DNA of 64,000 nucleotides from Protoeuglena noctilucae (taxonomy: Eukaryota), in the NCBI GenBank assembly GCA_958009085.1, contig OY253673.1:1364001-1428000 (forward strand), in the 5' to 3' direction. Shown here piece by piece: positions 39,150 to 50,771 of the stretch. Made by a program: the position numbers and the translations under genes. The notes under the pieces are model-generated. The model ran no database searches and was not told the DNA's origin. It saw only the letters and a list, made by a program, of their open reading frames with translations. Within the stretch, counting starts at the first letter, position 1, and each line of letters starts with the position of its first letter.

Positions 39150-39547
39150 GGGGCGGGATGGTTATGGAAGAGGGAGAGTAGCTGTGGGGTAATGCATAGG
39201 GGAACTCAAGAGGGGCTGTTTGGGTGGAGGGGTGAGGTGGAGTAGCTGTGGGGTATGCGTGGTGTGGGTGGGTGGGAGAGTGTAGGCGTTTGAATAGGAG
39301 TGTGTTCGTATCGGGAGACATACCGCTGGGTGCATTCAAATGGGCGGCAGCTGCTATCTGATATTCGTGAGAACGAGAGGCAACCGGAGACTACATTCGT
39401 TGGCGAAACACGGTCATGCCGTCGCGCTGTGCCCTGCGTGCGGTGTTGCGCAAACCTCACGCACCCTCTGCACTTGCACCTCCGCACCCTCCTCAGCCCA
39501 CTCTTTTGGAAGTCGTCTGCTTGCTTGACCCCCCCTCAGCACACATC

Positions 39548-42500
39548 TCAGCACACCCCCTTGAAGGTGGTCTGCTTCACGAGCATGCGGTTGGCGATGG
39601 GAGACAGCTCCGGCACTGCCGTGGTGACTGCTGCGCGCCCCTTGGCCACCGTGGCCTCCAGCACATGCACGGCACGCTCGATGTCCGTGGCGAGCTTGTC
39701 GGCCTGGGGAAGGGGATGAGTGGGGGTGGGGTGGGTGGGGTGGGATAGTTACTAGAAAAGTATGCATTCGCTGCTACCTTCACTATTCATCCATGCACAT
39801 ACTGCCACCCTCACCATGCGCACAGTCATTTCAACTATGCAGCCACCCTCACCATGCGGGGTCACACCATCCATGCAATCTGCAGCTCTCACCATCCGCA
39901 GAGTGAGGTCCTCGCGGATGACGGCGCGGAACATGACGATCTCCTCCGCACCCTTGGGGGCCTTGTACGCAGGCACCACCCACCTGGGAGTATGTTAGAA
40001 GCAAGAGGGGTCAGCGAATGCTTGTGCTCACTTCCTCGTTGGTTAATATCACCATCTCATGGACTTGTCATCCATGACCATGTCGCAGCGGTTGGGGGTC
40101 AGCGAATGCGGGCGCGCATCGGCTCTCATCGCTTACCATCCCATGCATCCCATATATCTATCGCTCATCCATAACCATCTCTCCCATCACGTCTCACTCG
40201 CCTGTACGCGAGCAGCTTCTCGGCCAGGTCGAATTCGTCATAACCACGCTTGGTGCCGTCCTCCTTGGGGCTCAGGGAGAAGGCCACCAGGGGGACGCCC
40301 AGGTCCTGGATGTGATGAGAGATGAGAGAGATGAGAGAGATGAGAGAGATGGGAGATATGAATTGAGGCATGGTGTGACATGGGGAGGGTTAGGGGTGGA
40401 GTGCACGAAGAACCCCTCTGTTACTGCTACTACTCCACCCGCTCATCTGTCTCACTAATACTACGCCACTATTACAATTCCACCCCTCAGCCCCCCCCAA
40501 TCAATCACCTGGTGCCTCTGCACAAAGAACCCCGTGGCCAGGAGTCTGTTCGCCAGGTATTCCCTCACGTTCATGAGGTTGCCCATGATGCGCTTGAAGC
40601 CGCTGCGGCCCAGGCGCATCAGCTGGTAGTACTGGGGGGGGGGGGGGGGGGAGGGGAGGGACAGGTATGGTGAGAGTGGTGGGTAGCAATGATACTGATA
40701 CTGCGGAGAGGGGGGGGACAGAAAGGTAAGGTATGGTGCAAGTGGTGATAGTGAGGATAAGTCATTCGCTTTACTCTGCGCTCTGCTCAATCATCCACTC
40801 ACATTACACAGTCATCCACTCTCACCTGGGCTAAGATGGGCCAGGACGGCTTGGAGAAGTTGAGCGTGACGCTCGGCTGGTCGCTGCCCAAGTAGTGCGT
40901 GTGGAACACCAGGCTGTCGGGCAGGTGCGCTGGGGGGAGGACGAAATGTAGTGTTTTGCGGGGTTTTGTAGTGTTTATAGTGTATCAGCCAAGCAAAGGG
41001 ATGAATGATGCGAGGGCCGCGTGACGAGTGCCGAAGCGACAGCACGCTTCGTACGTGTTTGGCCTGTTCGCAAGCACAAACCCCCATCACCCACGCCCCT
41101 GCCACCCATCCCAACCCACCCGCGTCGCGCCACATCACCCAGCCGACGCCGGGGTAGACCAGCCCGTACTTGTGTCCCGACACGTTGATCGACGCCACGC
41201 GCGGCACGCGGAAGTCCCAGGGCAGGTCCGCGTGCACAAAGGGCGCCACGAATCCCCCGGACGCCGCATCCACGTGAATTTCGACGTCCGGGCCGCCCTC
41301 CTCCGCCAGCTTGTCCAGAGCGCGCGAGATGCCGGCGATGTCCTCATATGCGCCGTTGTACGTGCTGCCCAGGATCGCCACCACGCCGATCGTGCGCTCG
41401 TCGACATAATCCTTGACTGCATCGGGGCTCAGCACGAGGCCGGACTGCTCGGAAACGGGGACCAGGCGCGGCTCGACCTCGAAATAGCGCGCGAACTTCT
41501 CCCAACAGATCTGGGCGTTGGACCCCATCACGAGGTTCGGGCGATCGGTGTCGAGGCCCCGGGCGCGCCGGGCCTGCTGCCATCGCATCTTGAAGGCCAG
41601 CCCCGCCAGCATGACGGCCTCGCTCGAGCCGCATGTGGCGGTGCCGGTGCCGGGGTCACGCTCGGGGGCGTTGTACAGGTCCGCCATCATGTTGACGCTG
41701 CGAGGGAGTGAGAGAGAGTGAGTGGGGGAATAGTAGTTACTGCTCACCAACCAACTGTCGCACTCTGTCGAATGCTCAGCCATATGATGCCGCACCATCA
41801 TCTCATAGTGACTTGGCATGACGCAGCCGGTCGTCGTGACTTACTCATCGTGACTATATATCGTCCTCACCATCGGTTGTGGATCTCCGTGGAGGCGGGG
41901 TACTCGTCCATGTCGACCTGGTTGATGTTGAGGCTGAGGGTGGATAGGAACACACAGGTGAGGCATAGCACGTTCAAGGCCAGACGTGCATGGGCGTGCT
42001 GCAGTCACGCATACGGCATGCATTGTTCTCCCAACCACGCACCTGCTCATGATGATCTCGTGGGCCTCCGGTTCCATCCACGTGGTGCAGAAGGACGCCA
42101 GGTTCAAACGCGGGTTGTGATTGAGCATGAGCTCGTCCTGGATGACCTGCGCCGCCACCTTGGCCGGCAACGCGCGGGAGGGGAAGCGGTTCGCCTCGCT
42201 GAGCACGCTCGTGTCGTCGACGAGGCGAGAGGCAAAGGCGGGGTAGATGGCATCTTGCAACGAAAGGCCGGCCTCGATCAGCGAGTCGACGCGGACCAAC
42301 TGCGGTCATTCGAGGCTCGACGATGGTGTGACGACGCCCGGAGCGCGCGACTGCGCCATGGGACTGCGGAAACTTGGCAACTACCGCCACGGACGTGATC
42401 GCGAGTCCCCGATCGTCTTTCTCGCTCTCACCCGCTTGCCATCGGGGCTGCGGACCGAGTCCGATCGCTTGGTGAACGATTTCGTGTGTAACGGCGCTGC

Positions 42501-42650
42501 TTTGTTCACGCGGGGCGCGTCCCGGGGCGCGTCCGAGACCTCCCCCTGATCGACGGAGGGCGACATGGTTGACGAGACGTTGCGGTCCAACCAGGTTCTT
42601 CGAGATGATCTGGGGCAACTGGACGCTGATCGGACCGCTCTTGTAGCCAT
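39548..42650 (-). CDS. GAD: Glutamate decarboxylase (PLP-dependent); start at 42650 or 42566
   Basis: [74 protein letters not shown]-terminus TFKGVC*. Confidence 0.95.
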
Positions 42651-43020
42651 CTTGGCCCCGCGGCTCGAGCCTCTGACGGCGGCGCGCCTGTGACACCGGA
42701 CTTGCGCCGAAAGCTGCAGGGTTCCCGCCTCGCGAGCGCCCAGTTCAGAAGTCCGACATACCATCAGGTCTTGCAAGCGTCGCAAGCCTTCCACGCGGCT
42801 CTCAGCTTTAAATTTCCGCGCGTACCCTAACAGGGCCCCGGAGCGCCGGAGCGCCGCGGTGGAGACGGCCGCTCTTTGAGCGAACCATTGGAGGATCGTT
42901 TGAGAATCGCGTCGCGCGCACGCGTGCCCCACCTGGGCGCGCCGAGTAGCTGCGAGAGCGTTGTAGCGCTCCCGGGACACCCCGTCGCGCAAAGAAGCGC
43001 CGGCAGCGGGTGAATTGGAG

Positions 43021-44219
43021 ATGTCGAACTGCGAGGTCATCGAGCTCTCGCCAATTCAGGCGAGTTTCGAGAGCGACGGGCCTGCTGTCGCAAACGGCCG
43101 GGATTCGCGGCCAGCGAGGGCCGCATTTCCGTCGCGAGGCATATCAAGGGGATCTCGTCAGTCGATACGACGCTGTTGGGTCGCCGGCGGGGCCCGTGAC
43201 CGCGCGCGGAGCGAGGGCGGTGTCGCATGCCCCAAGTGCGCTTCAGAGGTCCCGCGCGCCTCGCCGGCGCGTCGCTGCGCCCCGACCCCGCGTCCCGCTG
43301 CCAAGGAACGTCTCACAACACGGCAACAGACGCGTCCGCCGGGCTCCGCAGGTCCAACGGCACCAGCTCCGCCAGGCGGTCAAGTGCCTCACGCACACGA
43401 TCCTCTTCTGCCGGTCGCTGGGCACCGTTCGCCCGCAGCCCGTGGACTGCTCCGTCCTCGAGTCGTCGTTCATGTCGTGCGGCGAGCCGTCTGTCGCCAG
43501 CGTCGTCGAGGAGGGCGCGCGGGCCGCCGAGCGTTGGGCCGACAAGGCGAGCCCCGCGCGGCGGACCCCGCGCCGCGGACCCCGCCATCCCGCAGCTGCA
43601 GCGTCTATGTAATATCCGCTCTTACGCCTCGCAGTACCCGGGCCAGGAGGCCGCCGTGTGGGTGGGCTTTCACGAGAAGCGCAACGCGCCGACGTGGATG
43701 GGCAACGCCACGTCGCGCGTCTACTGGGAGCGATGGGTCCTGAGACTCAGGTGCGCATTTCGCATCGCGGCGGCCCTCCGCCCGGGTCGCGCGTGGCCCC
43801 TCCGCTGCGAGACAGGACCGTACCCTAGCGTCGCATCGCACCCTACACATGCTCGCCGCCCCCGCGCAGTGTGGTGGACACGCCGCCCCGCGTGCCGGTC
43901 GCCGAGCAGCTGGAGCGTTGCATCGCCGAGGTTGTCGTCAGCGTCAACACCAAGCGGGAGCACATCCCCCCCATCCAGGCACAAACGCCAAGCCGCTACG
44001 ATCAGCCCCTTGTTCTGCGCAACGAGGTGCCGCTGTTTGTTATTAAGTAACAAACAAACGTTTTCTATTCACTCCCCGCAGCAGCACTCGAGCAAGGCCG
44101 CTCTGCCCTTCCACTTTGACGTGGAGGTCCCTCGCCTCGACAAGAGCCTCCTGCAGTCGGGCATCTCCACCATCAAGCGCATGCTCATGCAGACCACGCC
44201 GCCGCCCGTGCTCACCTGA
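43021..44219 (+). CDS. ATG101: Autophagy-related protein 101 (HORMA domain), 5 exons
   Basis: MSNCEVIEL..LRQAVKCLTHTILFCRSLGTVRP..MSCG..VYWERWVL..KREHIPPI..IKRMLMQTTPPPVLT*, matching plant-type ATG101. Three of four introns need GC donors. Confidence 0.9.
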
Positions 44220-44946
44220 CGCGGGGGGGGGGAGCGGGGGAGGCGTGAGGTGTGCCATGAGATGTGCCATGCCTCATGCCACGCCATGCCTCTTGGTTAC
44301 AACAACACCCCGTACCCCCCTCGCATGCCAGTCGGTCACCTAGCTGCTGACCCCCTTGTTCCCACTCTCCATGCGCACGACGACATGCACTCGTGCATTG
44401 TCTTGGGCCCTCGTCTTGCTTGTCCACAGCACTCGTGCACTCGTGGCCTCGTGCTGTCCACACAAGGGCGCCCCTGTCGCTGTCTGGGCCCTCTGGGCCC
44501 TGCTGCCTGGCACACAGGTGCCTGGTGGTTCCTTTGCCAGGATCTTTTTGATCCATTTGCGTCGCCTGCCTTTTGTTTAACGAGCCTTGTGCCTTTCCCA
44601 TATGACGGCCTCGTGCCGGCCACAACCGTTGCGGACCTGTCAATGACAAGCAGCCAGGCCAGTTTGAATCTCTCCTGCCGCTGAAATTAGATATCTAAAG
44701 CGTCACTTTGATCTGCTATCAAAGTCGCTGACGGTCACTGACGGCCTCGCCGCTGCTGCCAAGGGAAAGACACGTGCACCTAACCCACCGCCGCGCTGCT
44801 CCTAAGAAACTGACTGAATGCAGCCCAGCCCGGCCACACTCTCATCCCATCCTCACTCTCCCCTCATCTTCCCCCCACCACCCCCGCTACCCCTGCCCCT
44901 CTCATCCCATCCCCAGCTCTCCCCACACCCCCCACACAACCCACCG

Positions 44947-47900
44947 CTACCCCTCCCTCCCCAGCGACTTCAGTGCGTCTCCCACCGCCTTCCTTGCTGC
45001 TTCCATCTGTGACACATATCCCCCCGAACCCTGCCGACCCCCCCTCCCTCCCCCGTACCGAATCTCGTGAACCATGGACATGCCGTCTGCATAAGCCACG
45101 TTGCCCATGTGGCCAATGCTGGGAGCCTCGGCGACCCACGCGTCGCACTGGGCACTGAGGGGGAGGGGAGTGTGCGAGGAGGGGTGAGGGTGGGTGGGTG
45201 GGGAGGGAGGAGTGGGGAGTTGTGTAACTGAGAGAGACAGAGAAGGGGCTGCGAAGGGCAGAGTGATGAGCAAAAGGGGCAGCGGAGAAACGGGGGTCTT
45301 CACAAAGCGGCAGTGGGGTTACGGTGCATAAGGCGGGTGTGACGTTGACACAGGTGGCTTTGTGGTCATGCAATGCAAGCCAAGCATCCCCTCACCGCAC
45401 GTCGTCTGCCTTGATGCGGAAGTGGTTCTCAATGACGTCCTTGAATGGGAGCCAGGGCTGCGGGGGGTGCGAGGTGGGAGAGTGGATGTTGCTAAAACTG
45501 TGACATGCGCACAAGGGCTCACCCAGCTGCCTTGTGTGTGCTGGACAGATGCACTCCACAGGTGTTACCCCCTTGTGTGCGCTCAATCAATGCCCTCATC
45601 AGGTGTCATGCCCCATTATTGCATGCCCTCCCGCATGCCCTCCGTTCACCTCCCGGTGTCGTGAGTGGATGGGGTCCACGATTGCAGCCATAAGGGTATT
45701 GTACCTGACCACTGCATTGTACCTGCGGGACTGGCGGGTGTGGGGGCCCGAGCGCTGCGGGGGGGGGGGGGAGGGTCAGTAAGTGCGATGGAGACGATGC
45801 AAGGCGTTTCAACCAACGCAGCCGCAGCGTTTGCAAGTAGCAAGGTGACACATCCAACACCGCCACCCTTTGCTTCCAAGCAGCCGTGCTCTGCGTGTGC
45901 CCCACGCACCCATCACATTGCTTCCCCACCCCACCCCACCCCATCCCACCCACCCGACTTCACTCTCACCTCGTGGGATGGCTCGTTGGCCACCGGGTTC
46001 TCCACCCCCAGTATCATCGATTGAATAGACACCAGCAGCTGCAGCACAGTGCAGTCGGGGGTCCAGCTGGGGCCGGACCACGTGCCCAGGAGACTGGGGA
46101 GGGGGAGCAGGGTGGGGTGAGGAAGGGAGTGAGGGAGTGAGGGGGTGAGGGAGATGGGGAGGGGGTGGTGAGAGATGGGAGTGAGGGGGTGAGGGAGATG
46201 GGTAGGGAGGGGGTGAGGTGGGAGTGATGACAAGGTGGTAGAAAGGGACGGGATGGCCTTATGACGACACCGGTCGCCAATACAACTGCTGCCAACCTTA
46301 CCAGCCCTGGTTCCACCACCCACGCCACGTCCACCTCCACCTACTGGCCCAAACGCAGACACGCACGCAAAGATGCCATGCAAAGATGCCCATGCAAAGA
46401 TACTCGCCTGAGGCACACTTTGCCGCAGTTGTAGAGGTTGGGGTTGGCCCTCCACCTCCCTCCCTGGGTGGTCAGGAAACGCGCCTGGGGTGGCCTTGAG
46501 GGGAAGTTGTCTGGGATGTAGAGATCGAAGAGAAAGCAGCCGTTGGCGTATGGGCTCTGAGGTGGGGGAGGGGGTGGCGGGTGATGGGTGAGATGTGAGG
46601 GTGGAGTGGGTGCAGTGGGTGCAGCGGGGTTGAAGAGAAGCTGCCATTCACCTGGGATGGGGGGATGATCAATGCGCGGAGCATCGACAGCTGTTCTTGG
46701 TCCTGGGGGGGAGGGGGAGGGGGAGTAAGAGTGGGTGACATTAACGCATGGGATGAGGCGAGCACAAAGAGCAAGGTGGCGAGAGCCGAGACTGCACTGC
46801 ACAGAACGCAAGCCGCACTGCGCAAACGCCATCGCACGCCATTGTAAATGACATCACAAAAGTAAGGCATAATACTATGCAGCCAATCCACATATGCTGC
46901 TGCGTTCCAACATACTGACTAATCCCGTCCAATCACCGTGGCGAGGAATATGCTCGAGTCCCAGGTGAGCGGCAGCGACCCAGCCAAGGCCGCCACCTCC
47001 CGCATCACACGCTTGGTCCAGGCGGGGGAGCGACGCAGGCCGCCCTGTCGAGCTGACTCACGGAACACACGGGAGCGAGCCAGGTCACAGGAAACGACCT
47101 GGTATGCACGCAAGCGATCCTCATATCGCTTGGTGGCATCCGCAGCCGCATGCGCGTCCGTAACTGTAGTTGCCCCCGACCCGCTCGGCCCCGCCGCGCC
47201 TTTAGAAGAGGCGCGGCCCTTCGCATTCCGATCCTCTCGTCGCGCCGGCGGGGCGGCAGAGGGACCGGCGCCACTGCTGCCCGCACCCGCACCCGCACCC
47301 GCACCCGCACCCGCACTGCCACCCGCACTGCCACCCGCACTGCCACCCGCACCCACACCCGCACCCGCACTTGCTGCCTCCACCAGCTCATCCGCCCACC
47401 CCTTCGCGCGCTCCCTGGCCCACTCGTGCATGGTCCCCTCCCCCCCCAGCACATCTCTTAGGTCTGATATGACGATCGGGCCTGCCAAGGCATCGACGTC
47501 CTCCTCCTCTGCCACGGCGTCCTGGCCGTGACGAAGCATCAACTCCGCTTGCTGCGTGAGAGAGGGAGAGCAAGGGAAGTGAGAGCACAGCGCTCTGATT
47601 GCGACGCAACCACTCGCCTCGTCTCCTCACAACCCCATGTTTGCTCTGCTCTACTCATGACCACTCGCCTTGCTCAGTCGGTGGATGATGTCCGCGATCG
47701 TCTCCCCCGCCGCTGCCTCCCGCACACGCCTCGCCAGATCCCCGGACCCCTCCCCACCCCTCGTCGCACCCGCGCCTTCCACCACTCCCGCACTCCCGCT
47801 GCCCCCTGCACCCCCCTCGCTCTTCCGCCGCTTGCTCTCCGGTCCCGCCACCTCCGCCCCGCCCCGCTTCCTGCCTCTCTGCCCGCCCTCACCGCCCGCC

Positions 47901-50631
47901 CCCACCGCCGTCGCTCGCTCGCCACCCCCCGCCCCCTCTGCCACAACAGCCCCGGGCCCCACCCCAGCCACCGCCACCGCAGCGGCGGGTGCCGGCAGCC
48001 CCGCCAGCCGCGGCACTCCCTCGGCAAAGGCTGCCAGGAGAGCGGGTGGAAGGAATGCGAGGGCCGCGAGGGGCGGGGGCGTGCAGATGGCCGCGGTCGC
48101 TCTTGCCAGTGCCGTCACCAACGCTGGTCGGTCGGATGCCTCCCCCAGCGTCAGAGTGGCCAGGCGGTGCGCGAGGTGGGGCAGCAGGCCCGAGGCGGCT
48201 ATCAGCGCAAAGGTCGCCAGGGCACTGGCGGGGCACTGGACAGCGGCGGTGAGGCGCTGCGGGTGAGGGAGGAGTGGCACGGGGTGGCACATCCACCACC
48301 AACGGTCATCTCACATTCAGTACCACTACCAATGCCACAACCACCCACTGCCACCCTCGCTGCCACCCTCACCCCCACCCTTGCTGCCACCCTCACCCCC
48401 ACCCCCACCGCTACCCTCACTGCTACCCTCACCTCCGCCAGTGCGGTGTAGAGCTTCGCTGCCTCCGCGTCCTCCCTCTGCTGCCGACGCCGCTGCTCCC
48501 CCGTCGCACGCTGCCACTGCCGCCACTCCTGCCCAGACCCCCCGTACCCGACGCCCTTGCGACTGTCCCCACGCCCGCGCTGGCCCCCACCGCCACCCAA
48601 CGGGGCGCCCTGCCCCGTCCCTTTGGGTTGGCCCGGGTGAGCACCGCTCTGGGAGGAGTGCCCCCCACCGCCCGCATATTGCGGCTTGCTCTTCTTCGCC
48701 TGACCCTCATGGGAGGACTTGGACAATCCCTGGGGCGCCGCGCCTGCCCCTGCGCCTGAGCCGCCCTTGGCTGGCACCCCTGCCGCTGACCCTGCCACTG
48801 CCGCACTCTTAGTGGCCGCTCCCGCCCCACTCTTAGCCGCCCCTACCGCTCCCGCCCCTGCCGCACTCCTAGCCACCCCTCCCGCCCCTGCCGCACTCTT
48901 AGCCACCCCTCCTGCTCCTGCCCCTGTCGCACTCTTAGCTGCCCCTACCGCCCCACCTCCCCCCTGCTGCCTCTGGTCTCGCGAGGCCACTCCATGCTGC
49001 TGCTGCTTCCTCCCCTTCTGAGATGCAGCGGGTGCCTGGGGCGGGGTTGGCAGGGGAGGCGCTGACTTGTGTTGCTTGTAGTGGGGCGGCTGCTTGTGCT
49101 GCTTGTAGTGAGGCGGCTGCTGGTGTTGCTGGTAGGGGGACGGCTGCTTGTAGTGGGGCGGCTGCTTGTGTTGCTGGACTTGCTGGTAAGGGGACGGTTG
49201 ATGGTGTTGTTGGTAGTGGGGCGACTGGTGTTGCTGGTAGTGAGGCGACTGCTGGTGTTGCTGGTGTTGCTGGTAGTGCGACTGCTGGTGTTGCTGGTAG
49301 TGGGGCTTCGGGACGGGCGTCGAGACGACCACCGATGGCGGGTAAGCGAACGCGGTTAGAAGGGACACGAGCGGCGGGTTCGTAGGGTAGGCGAGCTGGT
49401 GCGGGTAGGGATCCCCTGCATAGTATGGCTGAGGGAGGAAGGGGGTGCCCGACAGCAACGAATGCGGACCATTCCCCGACCCCGGTGCGTGTGCCGAGCT
49501 GCCGTGGCCCACCGGGTAGCTCTGCAGGACCGGCACATGACTGGGTGGCCAGTCGTCGTCCCAATCGTCGCACCCGTCGTCGTAATCGTTGAAGCCCTGA
49601 TCGTACCCGTCGCTGTACCCACCACCACTCCAAGCGTTGTACATGTCATCGCCCCAACCGTCAGAGTAACCGTCGTCGCTGGGCCACGGCTGACCGTCGT
49701 CGTCGTACCACGGCTGACCCGACTCGCTGTTGTACCCTGCAGCACCCAACCCGTACCCCTGGCCATCCCAGTCAGCCGAGTTGGCGTGACCAGCTGCGAC
49801 CTCTGCGCCCCTGCCCTGGCCCGTCACCACTCCCCTACCCTTCCCCACGCCCCTCCCCTCGTCCGCACCGCCGCTGCCCCCCCCGCCGCTGCCCCGACGA
49901 CCGTCGCCCGACGACAGCCTGACGCGAGCAGCCAGGGACGCACCCACGTGAGACCTGGGGCCCGTTGCCGACACGGGGGCCGGCTTTGGCCAGCGCAGGA
50001 CATCTGCCACCGCCTGAGCCAGAGCCTGGAAGTCCGCGACCCACGCCGGGGGCCCCTCGCCACTGTCCAAGACCATGTCGATGAAGTTAGGGCCAGAGGC
50101 GGGCGCGGGACCGGGCGTGGCGACCCACGCTCTCGCTGCGGACGGAGAAGATACCGCGCTTCGCGATTGCGCACCGCTGGGGTCGGAAACCGCAAACAAA
50201 AGAGGACGCTCACCGAGCTGGACGATTTGCGCGCACATCTTCAGCGTCTCCGCGGCCCCGGCCCCGGCCAGGACGTCGGCAGGCGCCAGCGCAGTGTTGT
50301 GAATGCACCGAGGCAGCCTGGCCACCAAGGCGTCGCAGAGCTTGTCAGGCAAGGACGAGGACCTCGCCAGAGTCTGAATCATCCTTGTCTGCGCGCTTGC
50401 GAGGCACGCGCGGACCCCGGGGGCGCACCAGTGGCACCGTAAGCACGACTCTAACGTCAGGCCGCCCGCAGTCCCAATCCGCGCGCCACAGGCACAATCC
50501 AAGGCCCTTCTTCTGCTCGAAGGCGGTCGTGAGGGAGATCTAGGCGTAGATGACACGACCACCACGTCATCGTCGTCCTCCGCGCCCCGCCCCGGCGTTC
50601 CACCAACAATACACACACTGTCTGAGCTCAT
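44947..50631 (-). CDS. Large ubiquitin-conjugating enzyme with a BIRC6/UBE2O-type UBC domain and a long low-complexity N-terminus
   Basis: LPLTWDSSIF, LRALIIPP, PYANGCFLFD, NPNLYNCGKVCLSLLGTWSG..W, LQLLVSIQSMILG..NEP. Exon 1 is about 730 codons with a Cys cluster and G/D/Y-, Q/H/P/Y- and G/A-rich tracts. Confidence 0.85.
48780..49305 (-). repeat. Coding repeats in UBC exon 1: PHYQQHQ/PHYKQHK-type and AKSAAGAG-type
   Basis: About 9 degenerate P-x-Y-Q/K-Q-H units and about 5 AKS units, visible in both DNA and protein. Confidence 0.85.
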
Positions 50632-50771
50632 CTGAGCTCATAGGGCCCCATGTACGCTAAGCGGGAACACAAGCTCGATGCTATCGTTCACTACAGACAC
50701 GGAGGTGTCATTTTCCACAAAGAACGAGGCTTCATCGCGAGTTCAACGGGGCAACAAACCCGCCCTAGGGT

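Noticed and set aside
47609..47670. 11-nt repeat of a GC donor (AG|GCGAGTGGT) as a micro-exon or echo in the UBC gene
   Set aside because: Too short to distinguish from chance, and there is no in-frame acceptor support.
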